From positions 1-64,000 of the forward strand of contig JAADVB010000071.1 of the NCBI GenBank assembly GCA_023334545.1: 64,000 nt of DNA. Direction: 5' to 3'. Shown here in pieces: positions 63,008 through 64,000 of the stretch. The position numbers were made by a program, and so were the translations under genes. Each line of letters begins with the position of its first letter. Position 1 is the first letter of the stretch. The notes below the pieces were generated by a model. That model was not told the origin of the DNA and made no database searches. It worked only from the letters and a program-made list of their open reading frames with translations. This DNA is from Salisapilia sapeloensis CBS 127946 (taxonomy: Eukaryota > Protista > Oomycota).

Positions 63008-64000
63008 TCAAGGATGCGGCCGGTGATGGTCGTGCGCGGCGTCTTGGGCGAGGTGGAGAGCGTGCGGCAATACAGTTTCCACTGCTTGAAAGTTCTCTTT
63101 CACTGCCTTGGGTTTGCCTGGTAAAGTTACGATGATCGAGTGTTTCCGTATGCCAGCGATAGGTCGTGAAAGCAGTGCCATGGGTGTCACGACGATTCCA
63201 GCCTGCAGCATCGCCATGACGAATCCAGGAATCTCTTTTTCTAGCAACGGCTACAAATACGTTAGAATCTTCGTATCAAGTGTCCCTATTGAACTTTCAA
63301 GTACTTTGATTGCCTCTGGTGTGACGTCCCGAGGGGTGAATCCCGTTCCGCCTGACGTGAGGATAAAGTCGATATGATCATGATCGGTCCATTGCTGGAT
63401 AACACGCTGTATGTCGTGCATTTCATCCGGTACAACTGCCGAGGCGATGACTTCCATATCGACATTCGTCATGTTTTCCAACAAGTGCCGCATCGCAGGC
63501 CCACTCAAGTCTTCCGTCTCGCCTTTCGACACACGATCACTCACCTACTTTTCCTTAGTCATGCATACAAATCTATTCTATACACAACATACAGTCAAGA
63601 TAGCAGCTCGAAAGCTCTTTCTGTTCGTCGTCTTGGACTCGTTTGACACTTGTGTCTTTTGATTCAAGAACGATCGATCAAGTAACAGCGCTTCCACGAA
63701 CTCTCCACCAGAGATCGACTCTCCTTTTGGTAAACACAAGAAAGCATTTGAATCTACACAACTCAGCAGGCGAGAGCTGATCTGTCGACCTGTACTCTTC
63801 GCTATAAATTGTCCACTAGAGACATCAAAGGAGACGATTGCGCGATGGTACTCTGGTCTCTCTTTATCAAGTTTCAAATCATGGTCGAGCTTAGCATGCA
63901 CGATGGCCTGTCGACATTCAGACGAAGTGACACCTCGCAGACGATTGACAGCCGGATGCACTAGCAAGTGGCACGTTGTGAAGGCGCTCACTGGATTTCC
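63008..64000 (-). CDS. CNX1: Molybdopterin biosynthesis MoeA(E)-MogA(G) fusion (CNX1/gephyrin family), 3' part; runs off the window
   Basis: MoeA C-terminus (RPEYHRA...STGRQISSRLLS), followed by MogA motifs AAILT|VSDR...DLSGP...LTSGGTGFTPRDVTPEA...R..AGIR...TLPGKPKAVKE. Confidence 0.92.

Noticed and set aside
1-64000. CRISPR arrays, rRNA, transposons or prophage
   Set aside because: I saw no repeat-spacer arrays, rRNA-like sequence, transposase/RT/integrase motifs or terminal repeats.

Overview
Eukaryotic nuclear DNA, most likely from an oomycete. This is supported by oomycete-type START-FYVE, transmembrane, P450 and PH/PX families, short (about 45-75 nt) GT-AG introns often starting GTACGT/GTAAGT, and INR+FPR core-promoter motifs. 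The window holds about 30 protein-coding genes, very tightly packed between about 13 and 51 kb, plus three identical intron-containing tRNA-Tyr(GUA) genes. I saw no CRISPR array, rRNA or recognisable transposon. Housekeeping genes include RPS13, COQ1/PDSS1, PGM2, MAK16, a kinesin, SDS3, LAMTOR5, eRF1 and part of CNX1. The most unusual loci are: (1) a 4-exon, roughly 983-aa bacterial-type UvrD-fold protein with degenerate helicase motifs, an intact Fe-S RecB-family nuclease and a mitochondrial-type presequence (AddB/AdnA-like); (2) an ovothiol sulfoxide synthase OvoA whose C-terminal methyltransferase looks vestigial; (3) a membrane-anchored ATP-grasp ligase; (4) a CPA2 antiporter with a duplicated extracellular beta-domain; (5) an ET domain fused to C2H2 fingers; (6) a structured RPS13 intron with a cryptic unproductive acceptor. 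All family assignments come from recognising motifs by eye, without database searches, so novelty is unverified.
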